From NCBI RefSeq assembly GCF_018977255.1, contig NW_024704743.1, positions 52,888,001 to 52,952,000 on the forward strand: a stretch of DNA of 64,000 nucleotides, written 5' to 3'. Positions 22,501-35,100 of this stretch are shown piece after piece. Source of the stretch: Callorhinchus milii. Its lineage: Eukaryota. Each line of letters begins with the position of its first letter. Positions within the stretch are counted from its first letter, which is position 1. A program made the position numbers and the translations under genes. Below the pieces are notes generated by a model. It saw nothing but the letters and a program-made list of their open reading frames with translations, was not told where the DNA came from and made no database searches.

Positions 22501-25500
22501 TGCCACCTACACAGGAAATGTCTTTGTGTCAGTATTGGAGTGTACAATCTATCCCTGGAAGGATACACGCTGATTATCTAATTCCAGAGAAAATTAGATA
22601 CAGGTTGTCAAGAGGAAAGGATTGGGGATCGGGGGGGTGGATGGGTAGCGGTACTGTTGGGAGTTTAACCAGCTGAAATAGCAGCCATCAAAAGCACTGT
22701 CTGGCAAGTTCCCACTGCTTGTCTATCTAGCATCACCCTATCCATTCTCAAAAANTACTAATGTTGGTAATTTGGATGTTTTCAAGATACCGCTTGGTAT
22801 TCTTCTCCAATGTCAAATATGTCTAGATATCTCTGTTTTATCATGAAAAAGCAGCAATTTTATCATTTTAGTGTGCTGTACAACATTTTGTATGTTCATT
22901 GTAAAACAACTATGTTGACTTTATGCTTTCTTTTTATGGATGAAAAGAATGAAATATATGTGATTTTAAGATAAAATAAATGTTGGTATATTACCCTTAG
23001 AATCCAGTCTTGTCTATAGACTCAGTAAAGGTAAATAACATTGACATTCCAAATAAGTTTGAATTTTTGTGCTATTTTCCAGTTTTTCGTGCATTTGACA
23101 GAGACAATGATGGCTATGTCAATGTAAGGGAATGGATTGAAGGGTTATCTGTATTCCTCAGAGGGACTTTGGACGAAAAGATTAAATGTAAGTTTATATT
23201 GAATGTGTGATTTATATATTCTGTGTGGCACTAAACATAAGGCATAACAATCATATTCCAATTCATTATTGCTTTTGGATTATTTTGATCCAGACTGTTT
23301 TGATGTTTTTGATCTGAATGGAGACGGACATGTTTCAAGAGAAGAGATGTTTCACATGCTCAAGACAAGTCTTATCAAACAACCAAGTGAAGAAGACCCT
23401 GATGAGGGAGTGAAAGACCTAGTTGAGATAGCACTGAAAAAAATGGTGAGAAAATCACATGAAGATACTTTTTTTTTAGCTGAAATGTTCAGTTGACACC
23501 TTAAATTGTTGAATTGTCAATTTAGGGGAATGGCAGACCTTTCATATCTTGGCACTTAATGTCATGCTCCCTGGTTAAGTGATCAAATAGCTCCCTCTCT
23601 TTTTCTCAAAATCCACTCCTGCTCAAATGCTATTTTGTTTTCCTATTTCCCACCTCAGTCTTCTTTATTTTAAGTGAGATTGTGAATTTATGTCAAAGGG
23701 ATGGCTGTATCAAGTAGGAAGTGGTTTGAAACTGGTGAACCTCTCCTCACATTCAACACTTAATTGGCATTGAGAAACAACTTTCACCATCATCTTAAAA
23801 TGGATTTGAACCCATATCCCAGAGGTGTAAGCGTGCAAAATTGTTGTGATGCCTAGTATAATCTAAAGTAAATCTTAAAATTCTAAAGGGGTAAGACAAT
23901 ATAAATCACAACAGGCTGTTTCAACTCGTCCAGAATAGTAAAACCAGATCATATGGCCTGCGATTGAAGGGAGGCAAATTCAGAACGAATCTGCACAAAC
24001 ACTATTTCAGTGAGGGAATAGTGAACCTGTGGAACAGGCTCCCAAGGGAGATGATTCGCAACCACATCACTCCCACCCTCGCTCGCCTCCACTGGCTCCC
24101 CATCCCCCAGAGGATCGAATTCAAGATCCTCATCCTCACCTACAAGGCCATTCACGGCCTTGCACCCTCCTACCTCTTCGACCTACTATCCCCCTACTTA
24201 CCTGCCCGTACCCTCCGTTCCTCTGGCTCCGGTCTGCTCCACATCCCCCGCCCCAACCGCCCTACCATCAGTGGCCGGGCTTTCAGCCTCTCAGCCCCTA
24301 GGCTCAGGAACTCCATTCCCCAGTGCCTTCGCCGCCTCCTCCCTTTCCTCCTTCAAGGCCAGTCTCAAGACCTTTCTCTTTGACCGTGCCTTCAGCTCCC
24401 CTCTCGACTCTCTACCCCCTCCTCGCTCCCTCCCTTCCTCCTGACCAGTTCCCCCCTGCTCGGGTCCCGACCCAACTGTCCAGCGCCTTGGGACGTCCTC
24501 CCGACGTGAAAGGCACTCTATAAATGCAATCTTGTTGTTGTTGTTGTTATTGATTGAAGCAGGAAATGTTGATTCTTTCAAACACAGATTACATGATGGG
24601 ATATAGTACATAGGTAGTTTGGGACATATGTGCATGCGACCGCCTGTAAGGTGGAACGTGAACTAGATGGACCTTGATCTTTTTTCTCTAGCTTTTCTTA
24701 TATTCTTATGTTCTATGTTCTTAAATCTGAATGGCAATTTGTGATATCAAAATGTGTCATTTACATTACTAGGATTATGATCATGATAACAAGGTTTCGT
24801 ATGCAGACTTTGAGAAAGCAGTAAAAGATGAAAACCTCTTGTTGGAAGCTTTTGGACCCTGCCTTCCAGATTCAAAGGTAAGATTGCCAATAAACTAAAT
24901 GAAATGTAGATATTAAATTATACCATACAACTAGTACAACAACAACAACAAGATTCCATTTATAGAGCGCCTTTCACGTCGGGAGGACGTCCCAAGGCGC
25001 TGTACAGTTGGGTCAGGACCTGAGCAGGGGGGAAATGGTCAGGGTGAAGGGAGGGGAGGGAGTGAGGAGGGGGGAATGGTCAGGGTGAGGGGAGGGAAGG
25101 GAGGGAGCGAGGAGGGGTAGAGAGTCGAGAGGGGAGCTGAAGGCACGGTCAAAGAGAAAGGTCTTGAGACCGGCCTTGAAGGAGGAAAGGGAGGAGGCGA
25201 CGAAGGCACTGGGGGATAGTAAAGTGACCCATCTGAGAATGAGCAACAATGAGAAAGGTTTATCTGGTAACAAAGGTAGGAGTGAGCTGCCATAAGTGAG
25301 GGTAACTACATGAATTAATCAATGTCATTTGTTTAGAAACAAAATGTAAAATACTGCAGATGCTGGAAATCTGAAACAAAAACAGAAGTAGCTGGGAACA
25401 CTCAGCAGGTCAGGCAGCATCTATGGAGAAAGGAAAGTGAGTCAATATTTTGGGATCCACGACCCTTCGTCAGAACTCTCAGTGTTCCCAGCGAATGTCA

Positions 25501-25810
25501 TTTTTTGCTCTGTGTGTATCACTCTGTCTGTCTCCTCTTGTTTGTATTTCTTTGGGAGTCTTTCACTAGCTCCATGTCTTGTATCCATAATCTGGATAAG
25601 CTGGAGTTTATGGGGGGTAGAGGAGGGAGGCCGGGGGAGAAGAGCTTTTGAGAGACCGAATTTGTAGTTGACAAAATATATGAGTAGTACAACATGATCC
25701 AAACAATAGATTTATACTTGAAAATAAATGTTAGTACTTTTTTCTTATCTTTTGTCTAGACTGCTCTTGCCTTCGAAGACCAAGCCTTCAAGAAAACCAA
25801 GGAACATTAA
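19517..25810 (+). CDS. EFCAB1: Calaxin / EF-hand calcium-binding domain protein 1, complete gene (6 exons, 214 aa)
   Basis: Exons 19517-19592, 22040-22195, 23083-23187, 23294-23445, 24773-24877 and 25760-25810 total 645 nt in frame. Recognised motifs: [60 protein letters not shown] and [12 protein letters not shown]. Confidence 0.96.
19733..19888 (+). repeat. 16-bp G-rich minisatellite (ggggtgaggggcgatc)n
   Basis: About 9 tandem units in EFCAB1 intron 1. Confidence 0.95.
19990..20508 (-). mobile_element. CR1-clade LINE 3' fragment
   Basis: VFKILTG.D.VD...RTR....[17 protein letters not shown]...NLWKRLP..MVEA...SFK.KLD motif. Confidence 0.85.
20503..21290 (+). repeat. C-rich ~21-bp minisatellite (ctctccaactaccccccccacg-like), degenerating towards the 3' end
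   Basis: Direct tandem units visible in the sequence. Confidence 0.95.
22040..22195 (+). CDS. EFCAB1: EFCAB1 exon 2 (GC donor)
   Basis: tgcag|TCAATCGA...GATAGAG|gcgagt. Confidence 0.92.
23083..23187 (+). CDS. EFCAB1: EFCAB1 exon 3
   Basis: [36 protein letters not shown]-hand loop. Confidence 0.95.
23294..23445 (+). CDS. EFCAB1: EFCAB1 exon 4
   Basis: [18 protein letters not shown]...ALKKM|gtgaga. Confidence 0.95.
23875..24700 (+). mobile_element. CR1 fragment interrupted by an L2 insertion
   Basis: [30 protein letters not shown] resumes as tgattgaagcaggaaatgttgattctttcaaa after the L2. Confidence 0.75.
24057..24550 (+). mobile_element. Young L2 3' fragment with candidate TSD tgatt
   Basis: [38 protein letters not shown]; (TTG)n tail; tgatt at 24052-24056 and 24551-24555. 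Confidence 0.9.
24773..24877 (+). CDS. EFCAB1: EFCAB1 exon 5
   Basis: [35 protein letters not shown]|gtaaga. Confidence 0.95.
24937..25215 (-). mobile_element. L2 3' fragment of the same subfamily as 24057-24550, inverted
   Basis: Its reverse complement matches 24319-24548 closely. Confidence 0.9.
25338..25478 (-). mobile_element. Penelope-like terminal repeat fragment with a degenerate minimal hammerhead motif
   Basis: Reverse complement reads agttCTGACGAagggtcgtggatcccAAAatattgact...ccagcatctgcagtatttt; homologous to 39725-39866. Confidence 0.6.
25760..25810 (+). CDS. EFCAB1: EFCAB1 exon 6 (terminal)
   Basis: tctag|[22 protein letters not shown] at 26014 and 26199. Confidence 0.88.
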   Translation, partial: TALAFEDQAFKKTKEH

Positions 25811-28800
25811 TCTGCATCGATTCTTCTTCATTGTATTCATGAAGGTCAAAACTATTTCATCATTGGTTACCAATAGCTTGAGTGTTGAGGACTAGGATAA
25901 TTTAATCACCATGCAACTGGCTGTTTTTTCTCAGTAATGAACATTACATCATCTTCTTGCACAACTCAGCAGCAGTCACATTTGCATTAATTACATGAAG
26001 AATTAAGTGGTACAATAAACACACAAACCTCTGCATTATAAGTTGGTCAAAATATTCCTCGTGTTTTATATACGTCAGTTAAGAGAACAAAATGTACATT
26101 TTATGTATTAAAAAAAAGCTTGAATTTGATTATAGGAAATCCACTCCAAGATCATAGACTTGCAAGGTTTTAGGAATAGCATGGATCTTACCAAATATAA
26201 TAAACAAATTTTAATGTTACTTATTTGGCTTATAAGTGTTCATGTACTAACAAAAATGTCCCTCCTCTCCCTCCAGTCAGACTGCGTTAATGAGCATTGT
26301 TGCCTCTGATACTTATGTGGCACCTAACTGAAACTAAAGCAATATCCAATACAACTAGTATTCCAGGGCACTGCTGAAGACAGCACAGCCACCCTGGCTC
26401 ATCGACAGGATCTGGAAGAGCAGACCAGTCACCGGGGACAGGGAATCATCCTGCTCAGCTCCTTTTAACTCTGTAAGCCAAGGCCCTAACAGGTAGGCTA
26501 GTCCAAGCTGGACAGCAGCTGGAAAGTTTGCCTGACAGCAATATCAATGGCAAACTATGCGGTTTAGCTGTTTGACTCAATAGTACCCAATACACACTCA
26601 CTCTGGGGTTCCCAAGCCTTGGCTCTTGCCAACCTGCACCTAATATTTTCCAGAATTTAGGTAAGCAGGATGCATCCCTCCAGGGAGAGAGTACGCATTC
26701 TATCTACCTCTGGAATTTCTATGTGTAGGTGGGATGCATGGAAATCTCAACTTGGTTTGGATACTCTTAAGCATGGTGATGTTTCTGCATGGGTCAGACC
26801 CCCCCCCTCCCATAAATTCTCTAAATATTAACACTGTGCATGTGCTAGGAATTCATAGTTCCAAACCCAGAATGAACTGGAATCCAAATTAGCTACCTAT
26901 GATCCTATTCCTGAGATGGTTTTATAATCTCATTTATACCAGAATAAACTGGGAATTTGGCAAAACAAATAATGGTTTGATTTGCAATTGGTTTCTAAAC
27001 TAATGGAATTGATGTGCCGTTTAATCATAAGTTTTTCAAAAGAGCTACAAGTTCCCTTTTGTTTAGAAACCTCTCTCTACTGCTGACAATTATGGAGACA
27101 TAAGATTTTTTCAGGTAATGTCCTCATGACAGTTCAGAGCCAATTATGATTTGTTTTCGGTTGCATTATGCTTTTTCATTGAAGGCACTGAAATATATTG
27201 GGACCCTGGTCATCTGTTACCTTGCTGAAATGGCAATTCTTTATTTATGTACGGATGTAAGTAAGTGTAAAGAAGCAATGTCCTACAGCCAAGCCAAATC
27301 ATCTCCTGCAGAGACCTGCATACTGTCCAGCAAAGGCTGGAATGCCACTCAATAGTAATTTAGAGTCAAACGCTGGTTGTTTTTCAAATTTTCCCCCTCC
27401 CTATTTCAGTGGTGCTGAATTTGATTGTACCAACTCAATACTGCCAATGGTGCGATCAGCTAACTTAGCTAATAACAAAAAGTGTAATTGGTACCTTCCT
27501 GGGTCTGTGATACACTGAGCAATAATATCAGCTGAACTATCTTGGAGTGTGAAGTGTTTACATTATTTCACTTAGCTGCTTCAGATATTTTCGTTCCTCG
27601 TTTCTCTTAAGAATTGGTGATAAAAATTGCTGCTATCATCAATGTTTGACTTTTCTTCCATAATAGTCTGTGCATTTTACTGTAGATGGAAGGTGATGTG
27701 CATTTTCACACAATTAAATATTTTTTAGTTTTGTAGCACCTACTGAAGTTTGTTTTAATTATAGTAAGTACTATTGTATGACAACATAAGAAAAGTAAAA
27801 ACTTAAGAGTGGGTATCCTTAATTCCAATGAGTTATTTGATTTTTTTAAAAATGCGATATTTAAAGAACTATGTTGAATGTATCTCTCACACTTACCAGT
27901 GCTTCCATTAAACTGCAATTGGTTGCATTAGTTAACAGGTTTGCTTTTCAATTAACTCAAAAACAAAATCCAACCTTCTTTTGACGTTAAGCAAAATCAA
28001 GAATTTAAAAATAGTTTTAAGACAGTTCTTGGACCAATATTCATTCTCCTTTAAGCCTGTATTTTTGATGTAATACATCTTCATATGAGAGTTCCATAAT
28101 GAAATATTTGTATTTGCATTTATGAACATTGGTCATGTCTGATCTCTAAATCTAGGATGGAGGTTAATTTTTTTAAAATGATTAAGACATACAGCACTCT
28201 GGGCCATTACCCCTCGTGAAGGTGCTATATAAATACAAGTTGCTGTTGACATAGAAAGTCTTAAATGCAATTGAATCTGGATAAACATATCGGCTTATCG
28301 TACTTTCAAATTACTACCATATCCATACTATTCATAATTAAATATGGTTACTGTATTACCGTATCTATAGCATTATTAATATATTAATTATTAATAATAT
28401 ATTAATAAACCTTGCATTTGATATTGTGCCTTATCATGTCAGTGAGATGTCTTGAAGCGCTTCACAATAATTATACCGTTAACATTTTAATGATAACCAG
28501 CCATCGTTTTTTCAAAACTAAAACAGATTTGTGCTATGACGACAAATGCATTGTAAAGCCTTAGCATAACATTTGAATGTTATTAAAAACAGAATAAAAG
28601 TTTGGTTCAGATATTTATTTGTTCAGATATTCATTTATCTAGTGAAAAAATAAGACAACTTTAATAATTTAACAAAATGGAAAATATGTTCCTTTTACTG
28701 TATTAACATGGTCTGTAGGTAATTAAATGCAACTTAACCTTTCAGAAGCCTGCTCTTCATAGAGTGCTTCAAATCCTATCTTGTGAACATAAGTGGTAAG

Positions 28801-29043
28801 AATCCTTGCATCTGATACAGCGTCTCACCATGGCAAAATGTCTCAAAGCACTTAAGGTTTTTTCCAGTAAAGTGAGATGGCTGTGTATTTGTAAGTGAAT
28901 GTGACAGTCATTCTGTATACAACAAGGCTCCACAAAACAGCCATGAACTTTAAGATCTTCTCTGAAGGACTGCACTTCCGACAATGCAGTGGACAATCCC
29001 CCAATTCGACTATCTAGAGTTGATACCATTACAGTCCCCATCT

Positions 29044-29124
29044 TTAAATTCTCCTGCGTTGTTTTGGAGCTTTTGTTTGAGGTGCTTCATTTTTTTCAGT
29101 TGCTGTTGTAGGGACGGACAAGAC
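29044..29124 (-). CDS. RBM48: RBM48 exon 5 (terminal)
   Basis: accag|VLSVPTTATEKNEAPQTKAPKQRRRI*; minus-strand AATAAA at 28614-28619. Confidence 0.92.
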   Translation of the reverse strand, partial: VLSVPTTATEKNEAPQTKAPKQRRRI

Positions 29125-32100
29125 CTGGTAAAAAAGGAAAGTTAGTTTTCAAATGAAAAATTCCACTGTTTAAAGAACCTGCACTTTTGTTTCTTTTATC
29201 ATATTGAAATAGCTCAAATTCTTCACCTACAATTACTGCGAAGTGCAACAATTGTTATGTAGGCAAATGTGGCAGTGTTTGTGCCAGCCCCAAAGTGAAT
29301 ACATTTATCTGGAGAACTATTAACCAAGACACTGGGAAAAACTTCCCTTCTCTTTACAAAAGTGTTATAAAATCTTTACTGTCCACCTACACAGGAAAAC
29401 AGTACATAATGTCTCATCCAAAGGACAGCATTGGGCAACACAAAGCTCCCCCAATAATGCACTGGGTTTTTGAGCTGATAGAACTCAAGCCTCAGCTTCT
29501 GGCTTAAATCCAATCTGTACCTCATACAAATAAAATCCTCCTCTAATTTAACATAAATTAGCTTAGTGGTTAGAGCTCTCGCCTAACAAGCAAGGGGACC
29601 TGTTTTCGATTCCCAGGCAGGGCAAAATGTTGGGCATGTTTCCTTACAATTGGTTGCCACGTTTCACCCACAAAATATAGTCTATTCACTTCACAGTATA
29701 TTCTGTGAAGCATTTTGAAACGTCTCGAAGACGCAATAAAGAGCTACATCAAATGCAAGGATTATTATAAATGATTTTGATTGAAATGTTCTCCTCTATT
29801 GGCAGCACCTCCCACATATCACCCTGGGTCTGGAAAGCATGCCTGTAAACTGTTCTATGGTCTCCACCAATGCCACTTCTGAACATCCTTGACAGCAAAC
29901 TCAATGACTCATCTATTAGTTTACCCTCCATTTCTCTTTTGATGAAAATATCAAGTGTTTGTTTCTTCTTTGTGACTGAAAAACTATAGCGAGCTCTCTG
30001 TATGAAGTTTAATGGCACAACAAGCAGGTAATTGTCTTCTTGACCCTACCAGTGCCTCCTCCTCTCTACCATTGGCAGCCGTGCTTTCAGCCACTATGCC
30101 CCAACATTATGGAACTCTGCCTCAATTCCTCTGCTTTGCCTTCTCTTTCCCCCATCTTCAGATCACACCTGAAGACTTTCCATTTCTTCCTGAAGACTTT
30201 CACGTCGGGAGGACGTTTCAAGGCGCTGGAGAATCAGGGATTGGGATCCAAACAGGGGTAGAATCAGGAGGGCAGGGAGAGTAGGAAGGGGACCAAAGGC
30301 GCAGTTTAAGAGTAGGGTCTTGAAATAGGCCTTGAAGGAAGCAAGGGAGGGGACGGGGCAAAGGGACTGTGGTTTGATAGCACAAGACAAATACATAATA
30401 TAAATTTATGGATTATTTAAAACTTACCTCTGTTAATTTATTTCGAATCATATTAGCTGAGACATTCAGAGAATTATCACCCAGGTCGACCTTTTGAACT
30501 TGTGGAAGTTTTGGTCCTATTAAAACTGCAGTCCTATCGCTATCCAAATCACCAAAAGCATTCATGGTCATTTGTTCTTTCATTCTTTTCCGATTCTGCA
30601 GCTGAGCAGTCCTTGGAACAAATCTAGAAACATTCCTCTTTAAAGATGATGTGCACTCAATGACATTAAAAGAACAACTTTCTCCTTCTGCTCTACGAAA
30701 CTCCTCAGGTTTATGCAGTTTTCTGTTAGGAAACCAAGGTAATTCAGATCTAAAACCTGCAGAATTTTCAGGAGAAATATTGAAGTCTTTTGGTGAGGTG
30801 GCATGTGACATAGGCACCGGAGGATAGCCCAAACAGTTCATTTGTCTGCCTTTGGGAAGTTGGTAGTCAGGCTGTGGAGGAGGTGGTAACATAGGATAGT
30901 CATACATGGAATACCCAGTGTTCCATTCTTCCTGGTTTGGTTCTGAACCCCCAAAGAGTTCAGGCTTTTTGGAAAGTACTTCCATGTGAGGATTCTGTAA
31001 TGGAACTGAATTGTCGGGTTTCTTTTCTATCTTGTGCAGGTCTACATCTAATGCAAAAAAAAGGTAAAGGAGGAAAGAAAGGTGATCAATCTGCAGGCGG
31101 AGTGAAACCTTATGCAAGTTTCCTTACTTCACACACAAACCTGTGTTTACCTAACAGTAAGTATGAACCTGATTGTTAGTCGATTGGCAGAAACAGGCCA
31201 CTCAACCCAACTAGGCTGTGCCAGTGTTTAGATATTAATAATAATCCTTGCATTTTTATATAGTGCTTTTCACATTTTCTAGCTGTCTCAAAGCACTTCA
31301 CAGAATATGCTGTAAAGTGAATTGACTGTATATTTGTGGGCGAAACGCAGCAGCCAATTGCGCACAGCAGTGTCCCACAAACAGTCGTGGATTGAAAATG
31401 AACAAGTTTTTTTTTTGGTAGGATTATTATTAGGCGTGTGGAGTAAAGAAACTTGCCCAAGAAATCGACCCACTCCGTACTCCTTCCTATTCCCTTTTCA
31501 TTCATGTATACATCTAAAGAGAAGATCCTGGCTGTTATCATGACAATGTATACATAGAACAATTGGCAGCTACATTATCACTATCTAAACAGGCATTAGT
31601 CTTCAAAATAGAAATGAACAAAACTTATAAACTCCACATGTAAATGGTAAACACAATGCGCCACTATTATTTATCCAACAAGTAAACTTAAGATCATAAC
31701 ATACTGTAATTTTGTTCTTCATGCAGTATCTGATCCAAATAGAACCTCATCAAGTATTTCTGGACATCAGGGATTTATTTAACTATTTGTATCCACAATC
31801 AAAAGTGTCTTTCTAACTTAGTAAGAATAAATCATTTAAAAATTAAAATTTAACAACTTAAACATTGAATACAAGGGACATAAATTCATAATTGTGATTG
31901 TAAGAATTAATAGGAAAGTTAGGACATCCCCTCCACACAGAGGCTGTTAAGTCATGGATTTTTTTGCCACAAGTGGCTACTGAACCCAAGAACATAACTT
32001 CTTCATTGATGGAAAAACATCTTTTGTTAAAAGCATGAATCAGAAGATAAGTTTTCTTTAAAAAAATGGAAAAAATTAAAATAAAATGTCTGGAACAAAC

Positions 32101-35100
32101 CTTGCTTTGTTGCTCTTGCTATGTACCTTCTCCTGTCCTTTAATTTTGCTCTGGTGTCCTCAACGGTTTCAAATTCTGGTGCATAACACACATGAAGCAA
32201 ACTACCAAAGAAACTTCTTTCATCCAGTTTGCGTTTCGCTATTCTAAAATAGTTGAAAATACATGGTTTATATTTACTGTATGTAATAAAAACATTTTTA
32301 TATTACGTGTGCATCTTCCACATAAATAACTACTATTTAGTTCACCCAGAGCTCCGAAATCTGCATTCTCTCTAAAACTAGGCTCCACAAGGACACACCC
32401 AGCTCCAATGACTCTTCACTCCTCAGCGGATCAACTTTAGAGATCTTGCCCTTACCTTCAATTGTCTCATGGCCTTGCCCCAGCCTAATACTCTATGAAC
32501 TCCTGCAATCCTATTTTCCTGCCCCACAAACTCTGGCCCTTTGGTAAGCAAGCTTTTAGGTTCTTTGTTCCTTTCCTCTGGAACTCTCTTCCAAATTCCC
32601 TCCAGTTTGCTTCTCACTCTCTGCTTTCAAAACCTGTCTAAAAACCTTTATTTTTGATTGTGCTTTCAGCCATGCCTTCCCACTTCATCCTGCTTGAGCT
32701 CCCAATCTGTCTTTGGAAAACACTTTGGGACATTCTATGAGAAAGGTGACATATAAAAGCAAATTGTTATTTGTGTGTATAAAACAATTAAATCTGAACT
32801 TTCTATTCGCCTTCCCTCCTCTGAACTTGATTCCATATTCCCTTGACCATGTTAAACATACCAGGGTTCAGTTTACCTCTACCCTTTATTTCAAAAATAT
32901 CTATCCTAAAGCCTTTTCCTCCTTAGGGTGAACATTCAGTTTCTGTATAGCATAGCCTAGGTGCCTAATTCCCAGTTATCACTATCAATTCAATTACCCT
33001 TTGTTGTATTCTCTCCAATGTCCTTATGACCTTGCTATAAGAGGGAAGACCTTACTGGTAACCAGAATTGCATGCATTACGTGGAGTCCTGTAGCTCAGT
33101 GGTTAGAGCACTCGCTTTGCAAGTGAGAAACCTGAGTTCAATTCCAGGCAGAGGGCGAAACCTTGGGCAAGTTTCCTTACTCCACATGCCTCCAATAATC
33201 CCTCCAAAACAAAACAATAATAAATTGGTCATTTTCAATCTACGACTGTTTGTAGGACATTGCTGTGCGCAATTGGCTGCCACGTTCGCCCACAAATATA
33301 CAGTCAATTCACTTTACAGTGTGTTCTGTGAAGCGCTTTGGGACATCCTCCCGACGTGAACAGTGCTATATCAAATGTAAGGATTATTATTATTATTACT
33401 CCAGGTTGGGCCTATAAACAGTCACTTGATTGCAATTTCTATGAAGCACTTTGATAATTTGACGATACAGGAGCTAAGAAAATACAAGCTCTTTTTTTTT
33501 TAAACAGAACACATATTACAAATACAATAAAGAAGCAATTGAAAATATTCCAGAACCAGATATTATATAGTAAGATGGCACCTCAGCAGCTCATTACCTC
33601 GCACTCTGCAATCGCTGGTATTTGATTTTGTAAACTTCAGTAAATTCCTCTGCCGGGTATTCATCCAGTACAGAGTACTCTTCAATGGTTCCATACAAAG
33701 CAAAAAGTTCAACCAACTCCTTCATGACACCTATAGCTGGTACTCCTTGTATTAACAGGTGCCTCGATTCCAAATTTATTGTATATACCTAGAATATAGA
33801 ATAGTGTAGAAAGCTGAATGCACACAATAATAATTTACATTTACATAGTGCATTTTACTTCAGAAAATCGTCAAAAAAGACGTCTTAAAGCTGACTGGGA
33901 ACCTGAGTGGGTGATGTTTCAAAGATGGAGGAGAATGGACTTTAGCCAGTGCCCTGATGAAAGGTTTAAAGGAGAGTAGGGGGTCAACCAAAACAGATTC
34001 CGCACAAGCTTCATGTTTTGGGAGAGAGCAAAAGGGAAGCTCAGTGGGCAAGGAGGCGTGGACGGAAACCGAGCACCATTGACTAAGTTTTGTCAAAGTC
34101 GCGTTGGAGAAAGTGAAAACTCATCCAGCAGTTATCCAGTCTGACAAACACATTTACTGAACTGCTGTGGCACTGCTTGCAGATTCACAAATGAAGCATT
34201 ACAGATCAAGGTCCTCTCCGCCTGTTTAAGTGGACATTAAATATCCATTGGCACTATTAGAAAAGAGAAGAGAGCCCCAAAAGAACCCCAAAATAAAAAT
34301 AAAACTGGTCAATCGTTTCATGGTTACTTGTGGGACATTGCTGTGTGCAGCTGGCTTCCGCAGTTCACGTACAAAATACACTGTCACTCCAATTTACAGT
34401 ATATTCTGTGAAGCGTTTGGAGGTATCTCGGCACCTTGATAAGGTGCTACATCAGTAGCAAGGATTTTTCTTATTCGAGAGCTGCAACTGTACACTGCAG
34501 CTACGTGTTTTCCACATGTATGCGGATCACACCCAACTCTGCTTCCTCCCTCGACTCCAGGATCACTGCTGTCCTGACAGAATGACTGTCAGACATCAAG
34601 TCCTGGATGAGAGCTGACTTTGTACAGTTAAACATCGACAAGACGGAGGTTCTCCTGGTTCGCTTCCGTCAGCGCCTCCTCAGCTCAGACACTGACAGCA
34701 TCACCGCCCATGGTGCTCACTCCACCTTACTAAGCCGGTCAGAAACCTTGGCATCTCGTTTGACCCTCAACTATCCTTTTTACCCCACATTCACGTCATG
34801 ACCCGCTCGGCCTTCCCTCACCTCCGCAACATCACCCGGATCCGCCACTATCTGACACCGCAGGCCACTGAAACCCTCATACACGCATTCATAACATCCA
34901 GGCTCGACTACGCAAACTCACCGCTTGTCGGCCTCCCCAACTCCTCCCTCTATAAGCTGCAGATCATCCAGAACACTGCAGCCTGTGTCCTCTCCCACAC
35001 CAGGCTCCGTGATCCTATCACCCCCATCCTTGCCCGACTCCACTGGCTTCCCATCACACACAGGATACAGTTCAAGTTCCTGGTCCTCACCTTGTTGGCG

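Noticed and set aside
22755..22755. Single N base
   Set aside because: An intronic assembly ambiguity with no biological meaning.
25810..29044. Overlapping convergent 3' UTRs of EFCAB1 and RBM48, or an extra gene between them
   Set aside because: Each gene has its own nearby AATAAA (26014/26199 on +, 28614-28619 on -), and I saw no coding signal between them.
33081..33155. tRNA-Ala(TGC)-like genes (also about 35425-35497 and 45655-45727)
   Set aside because: There is no proper acceptor stem, and each continues into the same SINE body and tail, so these are SINE heads.
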